A stretch of DNA of 64,000 bases from Candidatus Eiseniibacteriota bacterium. Lineage in GTDB: Bacteria; Eisenbacteria; RBG-16-71-46; JABDJR01. Positions 29,688 through 41,747 of the stretch are shown in pieces; positions within the stretch are counted from its first letter, which is position 1; the number at the start of each line of letters is the position of its first letter. The stretch lies in assembly GCA_963762255.1 (NCBI GenBank), contig CAVXKA010000003.1, positions 544,001-608,000 of the forward strand, read 5' to 3'. Under the pieces are notes generated by a model. That model made no database searches and was not told the DNA's origin. It was given only the letters and a program-made list of their open reading frames with translations. The translations under genes were made by a program, and so were the position numbers.

Positions 29688-30647
29688 TCATTCCGGCCGG
29701 CGCGGTTCGATCACCCACTCGGGATCGATCCGCAGCGTCCCCACGATGTCGGTCACGCTTGTCGCGCCCTGCGCGCACAGGAAGTCACGCACCCCGGCAG
29801 CGATACGCGCCGGACAATCGGGGTCGGCGTAGACCGCCGTACCCACCTGCACCGCCTTGCACCCCGCGATCAGGAACTCGAGTGCGTCTTCGGCGGTCGC
29901 GATGCCGCCGATGCCGATCACGTCGCACTGGAGCACGCGCACCAATTCCCAGCACTTGGCCAGCGCGACCGGTCGGATCGCCGGACCGCTCAAGCCTCCG
30001 ACGCCGCGCCTCAACGCGGGCACCCGCCGCGCCACATCTACCTTCATGCCGAGAAGCGTATTGATCGCCGAGAGCCCGTCGGCGCCCTCGTCGAGACACG
30101 CCTTGCCCACGCTGGAGATGCTGGTCACGTTGGGGGTGAGCTTCGCCCAGACGGGCTTGCGCGTGACGCGGCGCACCGCGCGCACGACATCGGCCGCGAG
30201 CCGAGGATGGGTGCTCATGTCGAGCCCCCCCTCCTTGACGTTCGGGCAGGAGATGTTGAGTTCGAGCGCGTCGCAGCGGGCCACCGCATCCAGACGCGCG
30301 GCGAGACGCGCGAAGTCCTCGGGGCCGTAGCCCCCGATCGAAACCACCACCCGGGTGTCCACGCCGTCCAGGAGCGGCAACTTCTCCGCGATGAACCGCT
30401 CGATCCCCACTCCCTCCAGGCCGATCGAGTTGAGCATGCCGGCGGAGGTCTCGGCGATGCGCGGCGGTGGGTTGCCCGGCCGCACGTCCTCGAAGATCGT
30501 CTTCGTGACGACGCCGCCGATCGCGGTGAGGTCGAGGAGCGGCATGAGTTCGGCGCCGTAGCCGCCGGTGCCCGACGCCACCAGGACCGGGTTGCGAAGC
30601 GCGAGTCCGCCCGCGGTGATGCGGAGATCCGGCACGACGCTACTCAT
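29688..30647 (-). CDS. pyrD: Dihydroorotate dehydrogenase, family 1B catalytic subunit
   Basis: NPVLVASG, GMLNSIG, ELNISCPN, KLTPN, INT, GGLSG. Confidence 0.96.
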   Translation of the reverse strand: MSSVVPDLRITAGGLALRNPVLVASGTGGYGAELMPLLDLTAIGGVVTKTIFEDVRPGNPPPRIAETSAGMLNSIGLEGVGIERFIAEKLPLLDGVDTRVVVSIGGYGPEDFARLAARLDAVARCDALELNISCPNVKEGGLDMSTHPRLAADVVRAVRRVTRKPVWAKLTPNVTSISSVGKACLDEGADGLSAINTLLGMKVDVARRVPALRRGVGGLSGPAIRPVALAKCWELVRVLQCDVIGIGGIATAEDALEFLIAGCKAVQVGTAVYADPDCPARIAAGVRDFLCAQGATSVTDIVGTLRIDPEWVIEPRRPE

Positions 30648-31455
30648 GGGCGTAACGCTCCCAGTCCACGCGCGCCGCGTCCACGACCGGACCGTCCGCG
30701 CACTGCATCAGGTAGCGCGACTCGCCGCGCAACGGGACCGCGCACCCGCGGCAGAGACCGAGCCCGCAGCCGTATATCCCCTCGAGGCTCACCTGGCAGG
30801 CCAGTCCGTGCCGCTCGGCCAGCCGCGCCGCCGCCGGCAGGAATCGCTCCGGGCCGCAGGCGTAGATCGCGGGCGCGTCGGCGAGCCACTCCGGCCGCTC
30901 GCGCTCGAGCGCGTCCACCACGGTTCCATGAAAGCCTCGGGTACCGTCGTCGGTGGCGATAAGGAGCCGCTCTGGATCCAACCGGTCGAGGCCGAAGAGA
31001 AGCGACTCGGTGCGCGCCCCGAACGCGAAGCACACCTCGCGAAAACCCCGGTCGCGCAGCGTGCGGTGCAGAAAGAGAAGAGGCGCGGCACCACGACCGC
31101 CTGCAAGGAGGATCGCGGGACGCGAGAGGTCTACGTCGTACGGCGCGCCGAGCGGTCCGAGCGAATCCACGGGATCTCCAACGCGCCAGAGCGCCATCGC
31201 CGACGTGCCGCGGCCGACGACCGCGTAGTACAACTCCACCACCGTCGCGCCCGCCTCGCGACGGAACTCCACCACACCGAACGGGCGTCGAAAAAGTGGA
31301 TCGATGGACGAGCCAGCGCGCAAGTTCAGATACTGGCCGGGCAGGACGTCGGGGAAATCGGGCGGGAATTCAAGTTCGAGGGAAAAGAAGCCCGGTGCGG
31401 TCTCGCGCTGAGCGCGCACCCGCGCGACGGAGAGACGCGGCCGGTCGGGTTTCAT
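30640..31455 (-). CDS. pyrK: Dihydroorotate dehydrogenase electron-transfer subunit
   Basis: PGQY, RRPF, GPLG, AGGRGAAP, ACGP, CGLGLCRGC...C [2Fe-2S] motif. Confidence 0.93.
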   Translation of the reverse strand: MKPDRPRLSVARVRAQRETAPGFFSLELEFPPDFPDVLPGQYLNLRAGSSIDPLFRRPFGVVEFRREAGATVVELYYAVVGRGTSAMALWRVGDPVDSLGPLGAPYDVDLSRPAILLAGGRGAAPLLFLHRTLRDRGFREVCFAFGARTESLLFGLDRLDPERLLIATDDGTRGFHGTVVDALERERPEWLADAPAIYACGPERFLPAAARLAERHGLACQVSLEGIYGCGLGLCRGCAVPLRGESRYLMQCADGPVVDAARVDWERYAHE

Positions 31456-31489
31456 GGCCCGCGTATTCTGCCGGGGTTGCGCCCAAAAC

Positions 31490-33943
31490 TCAATCGTCGG
31501 GGCGCTTCTCCTCAGGGGGCGCGGCGACGGTGTCGGCGGGAGCCACCGTCGAATCCGTAAGCGCCGCGCCACCCGACAGCACGCCCGTCGTGTCGGCGGG
31601 TGCTGCCGCCGAGTCCGCGGGCGTCGCGCCGTCGAACGGCGCCGCTGAAGTGTCCGCCGGCACCGGTATCACGATCGGCTCCGGGGTCTCGCTCGGCACC
31701 GCGCCGATGGGGGTTGCCATCACCGAGTCCGCCTGCTCCGGCAAAGGCATCGTGTGCACTACGCGGCGTCCGGTTCCCGCGGCTCGGCGCGCGAGTTCGG
31801 CGGAATCGGGCGGCGCGCCCAGCACCGGAGTCCAACCGCCGGGCGGGATCGCCATCGGATCCAAGAACTTCCCACTCGGTCCACGCGGAAGCGACATCGT
31901 CGCCATCTCGCCCGGCGAGAGCTTGCGCGGCGCGGGCGCGGTCCGCCCCGATGCGCCCATGCCCGGCCCCCCGGGCGGGGTGCCACGCTCCAGCGAACCC
32001 GGAACACTCGCGCCGGGTGTCCCGGCCCCATCGCCGCTCTCCGCGCTCGCCAGCCGGTCGACCTCCACCCGGGCCAGGCTATCCCTCACCGCGTCGGCCC
32101 TGAGTCGGTCCCGCTCCGCCCGGTCGCGCGCGGCCAGCGTGCTGTCCCGCGCCGCCACCGCGGCGAGGTTGAGAGGGTCGCGCAGCTCGTCGATGGTCGG
32201 CCCTGCGAACTCCTCCGGCTTCAACTCGCGCTCAGGACCTCTCAGAATGCGCGAAGCCCGCCGACCGTACTCGGAGTCCGGATAGGTCTTCATGACCTCG
32301 GCGTACTTGGCCCGACCGCGAGCGGTATCGGCCAGAGCGGTCACGCGCACCCACGCCTCGGCGAGCGCCGCCTTGGCCGCATGCTCCGTTCCCGGGAAGT
32401 CCTTCTGAATTCCCTGGTACTCCTCGAGCGCGCGTTCCGGCTTCTCTTGCTGGAACAGATAGAGTTCGGCGCGCAGGAACCGACCCTCCGCTGCCGTCGC
32501 CGTCGCCTTGCTCAGCGAGTCCGTGGCAGCGCCCATGAGCGTCTTCACCGCGCCCAGGTTTCGGGCGCGCCGCGCGGCGTCTTCGGTGAAGGACGATCGG
32601 CCCTGCTCCGCCACCTTCCCGTACGCCTTCTGCGCCTCGTCGAAGTTGTCCATCTCCACTTCGTAGACGTACCCGATTCGGTATTGCGCCTCCGATGCGT
32701 ACGCGGTGCGCGGATATTCCGCCATCACCTGCTCGAAGGTGAGGATCGCCTCCATCGCTTTCCCCACCTCCGCGAGCGCGGTCCCCTCGCGCAGCATCAC
32801 CCGCGCAAGCTGGTCGTAGCGCACGTCGCTCTGCGGGAGCATGTGACGGTTCGGGTTGAGGGCGGCGGCCGTGGGCGTCGTGTGGGGAGCGGTGGTCACG
32901 GGAGGCGTGATGAGCGCTCCCGTCGAGTCGCGTGGGGCGTACTTGGCCTGCTCCAAGGAATCCTCGCGAGCCTGGGTGAGCCGGGCCAGCTCCTCCGCGG
33001 CCAGCGCCTCGCGCTCTTCCTTCGTCATCCGTCCCTCGAGCACGTTCGGATCGATCTTGACCCCCAGGTCCTGATAGAGCTTGAGGGCCTCCTCATGACG
33101 GTCCTGCGCGCCGAGGGCCTCGCCAAGGAAGAGTTGGCCCTGCAGACGGTCGTCCTCATCGGGCGCTCTTCCGATCACTTCGGTGAAGACCTGCTCCGCT
33201 TCGGTGTACTGCCGCCGTTCCATCCGCAACTGGCCGAGATTGAGCCGCGCGTCGATGGATCGCTCCCCCTTCGGATGTCGGACCAGGAAATCGGCGTAGG
33301 CCTGGATCGCCTCGTCGGTCATCTTCCGCCGGTCCAATGTCTGGGCGAGATAGAACTCGACGGCTTCGCGCCCGTCGAACTTCGGGTAGACATCGAGTAG
33401 ATCGCTCCAGATGGTCTCCGCCGAGGAATAGTCCTGCTGCGCGAACGCCGTGAGCCCTCTCCAGTAGATCGCCTCCGGCAGAAGTCCGCTCTTGGGGAAT
33501 CGCTCGACGAAGCGATCCAGTTCGCGCCGCGCGCTCAGATAATCGCCCTTCCCGTAGTAGCCCTTAGCCATGAGGAGATACGCGTCGTCCTCCCAGCGGC
33601 TGCCCGGGAAGTCCTCGATAAGCTTCTGGCACTTCTCGATCGACTTCTTGTAGAGATCGATCGCCCGGCTCGTCCCCTGGCTCTGTCCGGCGACCGCCGC
33701 CGCCGCCGCGGGCGTCGCGCGAGCCTCCGTCTCCCGGACCTGTTCGGCATCGGAGTAGAAGCGACGCGCGTGATAGAACGTGTTGAAGTAGGCGCAGCCT
33801 GTGAGAAGGAGGAGCGTGGCGAGGGCCGCGCCGAGGCCCCATCGCGAGGTTGAAAGGCGGTTGGCCCCGACTCGGGAGCCCGGGATCCGGCCCCTGCGGC
33901 CGATTTCTCTCGTCAACACTCTGCCCTCGCGATTCATAGCCAC
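31490..33943 (-). CDS. Large TPR lipoprotein, SprE/PorW-like, with a low-complexity acidic Pro/Ala tail
   Basis: Lipobox LTGC followed by AYFNTFYHA; SRWEDDAYLLMAKGYY; many TPR units. Confidence 0.75.
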   Translation of the reverse strand: MAMNREGRVLTREIGRRGRIPGSRVGANRLSTSRWGLGAALATLLLLTGCAYFNTFYHARRFYSDAEQVRETEARATPAAAAAVAGQSQGTSRAIDLYKKSIEKCQKLIEDFPGSRWEDDAYLLMAKGYYGKGDYLSARRELDRFVERFPKSGLLPEAIYWRGLTAFAQQDYSSAETIWSDLLDVYPKFDGREAVEFYLAQTLDRRKMTDEAIQAYADFLVRHPKGERSIDARLNLGQLRMERRQYTEAEQVFTEVIGRAPDEDDRLQGQLFLGEALGAQDRHEEALKLYQDLGVKIDPNVLEGRMTKEEREALAAEELARLTQAREDSLEQAKYAPRDSTGALITPPVTTAPHTTPTAAALNPNRHMLPQSDVRYDQLARVMLREGTALAEVGKAMEAILTFEQVMAEYPRTAYASEAQYRIGYVYEVEMDNFDEAQKAYGKVAEQGRSSFTEDAARRARNLGAVKTLMGAATDSLSKATATAAEGRFLRAELYLFQQEKPERALEEYQGIQKDFPGTEHAAKAALAEAWVRVTALADTARGRAKYAEVMKTYPDSEYGRRASRILRGPERELKPEEFAGPTIDELRDPLNLAAVAARDSTLAARDRAERDRLRADAVRDSLARVEVDRLASAESGDGAGTPGASVPGSLERGTPPGGPGMGASGRTAPAPRKLSPGEMATMSLPRGPSGKFLDPMAIPPGGWTPVLGAPPDSAELARRAAGTGRRVVHTMPLPEQADSVMATPIGAVPSETPEPIVIPVPADTSAAPFDGATPADSAAAPADTTGVLSGGAALTDSTVAPADTVAAPPEEKRPDD

Positions 33944-33946
33944 CAG

Positions 33947-33975
33947 ACTCTAGGCCACCCGATCCGCGCGCTCAA
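33947..33975 (-). promoter_or_regulatory. Putative sigma70 promoter of the TPR lipoprotein gene
   Basis: TTGAGC-N17-TAGAGT just upstream of the start region. Confidence 0.45.
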
Positions 33976-34051
33976 GGCTATTACCCATTGCCTCACAGAC
34001 GGTTCCCGGAATGGACCTCCAGGCGCGAGGGAACCGTCGCCGCCGGCCGAC

Positions 34052-35368
34052 CTACCGTCGCCGCCGCACCACCACCCCCACGCCCAGCACGGCGACGATC
34101 AGCAGCAAGGGGTACATGGGCATCGCGTAGCGGCCCCGCATCGCGAAGTTCATGTAGAAGAGCGACTGCCACAGGAACACGGCATAGGGGATGGCGAAGC
34201 GGTCGCGAAAGCGGAATGAGTAGACGAGACCGATGAGGAAGAAGAGTAGGACGACGGTCATCACCGCCATGTAGGCGCGGCCCACGCCCGGCACGTACCC
34301 GGCAAGCATGGGATTCCCCCACCAGAGACAGAGCAACCGCTCCATGGCGCGGCGCGCGGTGAACCCTGGGTTCTCCCGCATGAGCTGCAGTCCCTTGGCG
34401 AAGAGCATGCGGTCGAAGTCCGCCTCGTTCATGGTTTCGAGGGCCTGGCGATCGATCAGCCTCCACCGTACCTCGTCGTCGTAGCACAGGAGGTTCTGCA
34501 TGAGACCGCCCTGGGGGATCTGGCCGCCGAGGAAGTTGAACCCAATGTTGGTCGCCACGGGAATGAAACGGTGGTGGATGCGTGCATTCCGCACCGTCCA
34601 GGGCAGGAGCACGACCAAGGCGACAATGAGGACGGCACCGCTCATCCATACCGCCCGGCGCCAGGGCACGCGCATCATCCGCAGGGCCACCGGCACGAAG
34701 AGCAGGGTTCCCAGGAACGCCGGCAGCATGGTGCCGACGATCCCATACACCGCGCCGGCGCGGACGGCGTCGGAAAGACGCCGGCTGCGCCCCGCCCGGA
34801 GGAGGAGCCATACCGCCCAGGTCGCCGCGAAGACCTCGAACGTCGTCGAATAGGCGGCCGACGAGTAGACGGCAAGCGGCGGCCAGAAAGCGACCGCGTA
34901 GCCGGCGGCGAGGGCCAAAACCCGGGGTGACGGCGAAACGCCCGTCGCCGAAGACTCGCCGCGATCGAAGAGCACCGTCGCTATGCGTCGCGCCAGCACG
35001 GCGGTGGCGGCGGAGGGAATGGCCTGGATCACCTGCATGGCCGGCACCCAGGAGTCGTGCCCGAACGCGGCCTTGAGCAGAGCGAGGAACGCGGGGTAGA
35101 AGGGCGGGAAGAACGACGTGCGGGGGACGTCGGTTCCGTAGAAATCCCAGGTGAAGCCCCGCCCAGCGAGGATGTTGTCGGAGAGGCTCCCCAACTCCAG
35201 CCCGGCCAACTCGACATGGTCCGGAGCGTAGAGGACGCTGATCCCAAGTCGTATGACCAGCGCGATCAGGAAGAGCCCCAGATCGCTGGCCAACCAGGAG
35301 CGAAGCGTCTCCAGCCGGAACCGGGCGGGACGCGCCGCCTCCACACCCCGCACGGTAGAGCCACGCAT
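34052..35368 (-). CDS. GT-C fold membrane glycosyltransferase (ArnT-like)
   Basis: ALVIRL, NILAGRGF, PPFYPAFLA, LLPWTVRN, RYAMP. This is the C-terminal part of ORF 34052..36514, with ATG at 35368. Confidence 0.8.
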   Translation of the reverse strand: MRGSTVRGVEAARPARFRLETLRSWLASDLGLFLIALVIRLGISVLYAPDHVELAGLELGSLSDNILAGRGFTWDFYGTDVPRTSFFPPFYPAFLALLKAAFGHDSWVPAMQVIQAIPSAATAVLARRIATVLFDRGESSATGVSPSPRVLALAAGYAVAFWPPLAVYSSAAYSTTFEVFAATWAVWLLLRAGRSRRLSDAVRAGAVYGIVGTMLPAFLGTLLFVPVALRMMRVPWRRAVWMSGAVLIVALVVLLPWTVRNARIHHRFIPVATNIGFNFLGGQIPQGGLMQNLLCYDDEVRWRLIDRQALETMNEADFDRMLFAKGLQLMRENPGFTARRAMERLLCLWWGNPMLAGYVPGVGRAYMAVMTVVLLFFLIGLVYSFRFRDRFAIPYAVFLWQSLFYMNFAMRGRYAMPMYPLLLIVAVLGVGVVVRRRR

Positions 35369-35506
35369 GGGCGGAATTATAGGCCATCCGGTTCGGGCCT
35401 GTCCCCGCGCTGGCCGAGGCCCAGCGCCGCGCTGACTCCTGAGCGGGCCGCGGTTCCCAGACAGGCTACGCCGCGCGGGCGTCAGCGCGTATGATACCCA
35501 GCACCT

Positions 35507-37680
<2,174 letters not shown>

Positions 37681-37717
37681 CCCCCCCCGGGGCTCGATGA
37701 ACTGGGGGTTGCGGACG

Positions 37718-37726
37718 TGGTATACT
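37718..37726 (+). promoter_or_regulatory. Extended -10 promoter element
   Basis: TGgTATACT in an AT-rich intergenic stretch upstream of the secreted-protein gene. Confidence 0.5.
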
Positions 37727-37790
37727 TATATCCGTGTAGTGCATCTCCTGTGTAGTTCCTGGCACCCTTGGGGCAGCTTATATGTATTCA

Positions 37791-38645
37791 ATGAAGTTTC
37801 GCGCGCGCTTTACTTTGTTCTCTCTCGCCTTGGCCTTTGCGGTCCCGGCGCTCCTCTGCGGAGTCCTCTCCCCGGCCCTGGCCTCGGGATTGAGGATTCC
37901 CGGCGATCCGGGCCGGACTGGCGTCAGCGCCGGGGGCGTCACGGACGCAGCCGCGGCGGCAAAATTCCCCGTGGCCTGGGGAGAGTCCTGGGACCACATC
38001 TCGCTCCAGGACGTGCTTGACGCCGAGTACGGACCCGGGGTTCTCGACGCCAAGACCGGCTATATCGGGTACCACAGCGTCGACCCGGATCCCATCTACT
38101 GGGAGGACGATCGCCTGGACGGGATCCTCGTTGTCGAGATTGCCGGGAACTCGGAACGAAACACCCTTGGTTGGTACCAGGAAGAGTTCGTGAAACCGGT
38201 CATCGACGGCGTGAACGACGGCGTGATTTTCGAGGGGTACATGTCCGCCCGGGAATCCGTGGTCATCCACTTCCCGCTGGGGCTGACCCGGTTCGGCCTT
38301 TGGCTGAATCCGAACGGTACGGGCCATGCCAACAACGCGCCCGAGCCCGAGTTGTTCTTCTGCAACAGGTTCTACAACGACATCGGACCCTCGGGGAGCG
38401 GCACCCTCCATGCGCCGACGAACGGGGATCCCCAGATCCTCGTCTACAACATCACCCACTTGAGATCCGGCGTGCCGACCTTTGTCATCGCCTGCGAGGA
38501 TCTCGATTCCGGCGGCGAAGTCACTCCGGAGTACTCGGAAGGCACGGACAACGACTTCCAGGACATGGTCATCGAGATCAGCGCCATCTCCCCGGTGCCG
38601 GTGAGAGCCACGACCTGGGGCCGGGTCAAGACCCTGTTCCAGTAG
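37791..38645 (+). CDS. Secreted DUF4114-like protein with a C-terminal TWG-motif tail
   Basis: Sec signal peptide; EIAG...NTLGWY, FVIACEDL...DNDFQDMVIEI (DUF4114-like by eye); ends PVPVRATTWGRVKTLFQ. Confidence 0.78.
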   Translation: MKFRARFTLFSLALAFAVPALLCGVLSPALASGLRIPGDPGRTGVSAGGVTDAAAAAKFPVAWGESWDHISLQDVLDAEYGPGVLDAKTGYIGYHSVDPDPIYWEDDRLDGILVVEIAGNSERNTLGWYQEEFVKPVIDGVNDGVIFEGYMSARESVVIHFPLGLTRFGLWLNPNGTGHANNAPEPELFFCNRFYNDIGPSGSGTLHAPTNGDPQILVYNITHLRSGVPTFVIACEDLDSGGEVTPEYSEGTDNDFQDMVIEISAISPVPVRATTWGRVKTLFQ

Positions 38646-41600
38646 AGGGTCGCGCCTCGGCCGCGGATCTTCGAGTTTCCAGCCAGTAATAGACCACCGG
38701 CAGCACGATCAGGGTCAGCAGCGTCGAGGTCACGAGCCCACCCATGACCACCACGGCCAGCGGCTTCTGAATATCCGCACCGGAACCGGTCGCGTAGAGC
38801 ATCGGGAGATGTCCGATGAAGCTCACGAGCGCGGTCATGAAGAGGGGCTTGAAGCGAAGGCGGCAACCCTCGATCACGGTCTCCCGAGCGCCGCACCCGC
38901 GTTCCTTGAGCTGCCTGAAGAAGGCAAGGAGCACGACTCCGTTCTGCACGGCGATCCCCAGGAGCACGATGAAGGCCACCGCTGCGGAAACCGAGAGGTG
39001 CATGCCGAACGCGACCGCGGCGATGAGCCCGCCGACCAGCGCGAACGGAAGATTCAGGATGACGAGCGTCGAGTTGCGGATCGAGCCCAGGGCCGAATAG
39101 AGAAGGAATGCGATGAGCAACAGCACGATCGGGACGACGATCGCGAGCTGCCGCATGGCCCGCTGCTGATTCTCGAACTGTCCCCCGTACCGGATGAAGT
39201 ACCCGGGTGGTAGCGACGATTCAAGATCACCGAGGCGATCCTGCACCTCGGACACGAACCCTCCAAGGTCCCGTCCGCGGACGTTCGCTTCCACGACCAC
39301 CCGGCGCATCCCGTTCTCGCGGCTCACCTGCGCCGGCCCGTCTGCCTGGACGATCCGGCCGATCTGAGCGAGTGGAACCCGCTCGCCGCCGGGAGCCGAG
39401 ATCAGGAGCTCCTCTAGATCCTGGACCCGGTGCCTGGCCCCCTCTTCGAAACGCACCACGATCGGAAATCGCTGCTCCCCCTCTATGAACGTGCTGACCG
39501 GCCGGCCGGCGATCCCGGTCTCGAGCAGTTCGTTAACGTCGGAGGCGTTCAAGGCGTAGCGCGCCATGGCCGCCCGGTCGAACTCCACGGTCTCCTGCAC
39601 CATTCCGGAGATCTGCTCCACCTTGACGTCGCGGGCCCCTGGGACGCCGTTGAGAGCCGTCGCGGCCGCATCCGCGTATTGCTTCAGCAAGCCGAGGTCC
39701 GGACCGAAGATCTTGACCGCGAGGTCGCTCTTGACCCCCGAGATCAGCTCGTTGACCCGCAGGGCGATGGGCTGCGAGAACGAGAGACGCACCCCGGGGA
39801 TGGCTGAAAGCTCGCTGCTGATCGCTTCGGTCAACTGCCGCTTGTCCCGGCCCGTCCTCCAATCCCTGCGCGGCTTCAGCATGATGAACACGTCGCTCTG
39901 CTCGGGCCCCATGGGATCCTCGGAAATCTCCGCCCGGCCGGTCTTGGTGACAACGGTCGCCACCTCGGGGAAACGCATGACCCGCTTCTCGATCTCCTGC
40001 GAGATCACGACCGAGCCGTCCAGGGAAGCGTTCGGCAACCGTACGACGTTGATCGCGATCGCCCCTTCGTCGAGAGTCGGAATGAACTCCATCCCGAGAG
40101 AGGGTAGGAAGGCTAGAGACGACAGCAGAACAAGAACAGCGATCCCCATCGTCAGCTTGGACCTCCTCATTGCGCCCTCCAGAACACGGAGGTATCCATG
40201 GTGGAAACGCCGGACGAATCCGAACTCCCGCTCCCGACCGGTCCGGAGGATCCACTCGGAGAGCGGGGGGATGATCGTCATCGCCACCACGAGCGACGTG
40301 AGAAGGGCGAGCAGGAGCGTGAGCGCCAGGGGGAGGAACATCTTCCCCTCGACCCCTTGAAGCGTAAAGAGCGGGACAAGAACGAGGGCGATGATGAGCA
40401 CCGAGAACGCGACCGGCCGCGCCACTTCCGTCAGCGCCGAGAGAACAATGGCCCTCCTCGTCTCCGTCGTGCCCCGATCGGCCAGATGTCGGCGGATGTT
40501 CTCGACGATGACGATCGACGCATCGACGACCATCCCCACGGAGAAGGCCAGCCCCCCGAGGCTCATGAGGTTGGCAGAGATGTTGAGCGGCCGCATGAGG
40601 ACGAAGGTGAAGAGGAAGGTGATCGGGAGCGAGAGAACGACGATCAGGGCCGTTCGTAGCTCGGCAAGAAAGAGGAAGAGAACGAGAATGACGAGCACGG
40701 CCCCCACGAGGAGGGCCTCCATGACGGTCCGAATGCAGGCTTCGATCAACTCGGTGCGGTCGTAGAAGACGTCGATGCGAGCGCCGCGGGGCAGACCGCC
40801 CTGGATCCGATGGGCCGCCTCTTTGACGCGCTCCACGACCGTCTTGGAGTTTTCCCCGCGGAGCATGATCGCCATGCCGGCGACTGTTTCGCCGCTCGCG
40901 TCGCGCGTCACGGCTCCCTGGCGGGTCACCGCGCCGATCCCCACCTCGGCCACGTCCCGCAGGAACACCGGCGTGCCGTCGCTCGCTTTCAGCACGACCG
41001 TTTCGATGTCGCCGATGGAGGTGAAGATCCCCCGGCCGACGACGTAGAACTGTTCCCAACCCTTCACGATGTAGCCGGCTCCCGCGTTGGCGTTGTTCGC
41101 CTCCACGGCCTCGACGACGTCGCGAAGGGAGAGTCCGTATTTCACGAGCCGGTCCGGATGGACGCGGACCTCGTACTGCTTGGCGAATCCGCCGAAGCTG
41201 TTGACCTCCGTCACGCCGGGAACGCTGCGAAGCTGGGGCGCGATGAGCCAGTCCTGGATGGTCCTCCGTTCCATCGCCGTGAGGCTGTCGCCTTCGATCG
41301 TGTACTGGAAGATCTCCCCGAGTCCCGTGCTCAACGGGGCCATCTCCGGCTCGATCCCTTCGGGGAGGGCTTCCCGGGCCTCCTGGAGCCGCTCGAAGAC
41401 CACCTGGCGTGCGAAGTAGGGATCGACCGAGTCCTCGAACACCACGATGACTTGCGACAGCCCGGCGCGCGAGAGGGAGCGGACGAGTCGGACGTGGGGC
41501 AGGCCTCCCATCTGCTGCTCGATGGGATACGTGATCCGTTGCTCGCATTCCTCGGTCGAGAGTCCCGGCGCCTTGCTCAGAACCATCACCTGGATGTTCG

Positions 41601-41724
41601 TCACATCGGGAAATGCGTCGATCGGAAGCCGGGTCCAGGCCAGCCCGCCGAGGACGCTGAGCAGGAACCCGGCGCCCAGAACCGACCACCTGCGTTCCAG
41701 AAGCGCGTTGAAGAACCTGGTCAT
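38626..41724 (-). CDS. czcA: CzcA/CusA-family heavy-metal efflux RND transporter
   Basis: LPIDAFPDVTN, SANLMSLGG, VDASIVIVEN, IALRVNELISGVKSD, IQKPLAVVVMGG; 1032 aa. Confidence 0.95.
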   Translation of the reverse strand: MTRFFNALLERRWSVLGAGFLLSVLGGLAWTRLPIDAFPDVTNIQVMVLSKAPGLSTEECEQRITYPIEQQMGGLPHVRLVRSLSRAGLSQVIVVFEDSVDPYFARQVVFERLQEAREALPEGIEPEMAPLSTGLGEIFQYTIEGDSLTAMERRTIQDWLIAPQLRSVPGVTEVNSFGGFAKQYEVRVHPDRLVKYGLSLRDVVEAVEANNANAGAGYIVKGWEQFYVVGRGIFTSIGDIETVVLKASDGTPVFLRDVAEVGIGAVTRQGAVTRDASGETVAGMAIMLRGENSKTVVERVKEAAHRIQGGLPRGARIDVFYDRTELIEACIRTVMEALLVGAVLVILVLFLFLAELRTALIVVLSLPITFLFTFVLMRPLNISANLMSLGGLAFSVGMVVDASIVIVENIRRHLADRGTTETRRAIVLSALTEVARPVAFSVLIIALVLVPLFTLQGVEGKMFLPLALTLLLALLTSLVVAMTIIPPLSEWILRTGREREFGFVRRFHHGYLRVLEGAMRRSKLTMGIAVLVLLSSLAFLPSLGMEFIPTLDEGAIAINVVRLPNASLDGSVVISQEIEKRVMRFPEVATVVTKTGRAEISEDPMGPEQSDVFIMLKPRRDWRTGRDKRQLTEAISSELSAIPGVRLSFSQPIALRVNELISGVKSDLAVKIFGPDLGLLKQYADAAATALNGVPGARDVKVEQISGMVQETVEFDRAAMARYALNASDVNELLETGIAGRPVSTFIEGEQRFPIVVRFEEGARHRVQDLEELLISAPGGERVPLAQIGRIVQADGPAQVSRENGMRRVVVEANVRGRDLGGFVSEVQDRLGDLESSLPPGYFIRYGGQFENQQRAMRQLAIVVPIVLLLIAFLLYSALGSIRNSTLVILNLPFALVGGLIAAVAFGMHLSVSAAVAFIVLLGIAVQNGVVLLAFFRQLKERGCGARETVIEGCRLRFKPLFMTALVSFIGHLPMLYATGSGADIQKPLAVVVMGGLVTSTLLTLIVLPVVYYWLETRRSAAEARPSTGTGS

Positions 41725-41747
41725 TCGTTAGCCCCCGATCCTTCGGT

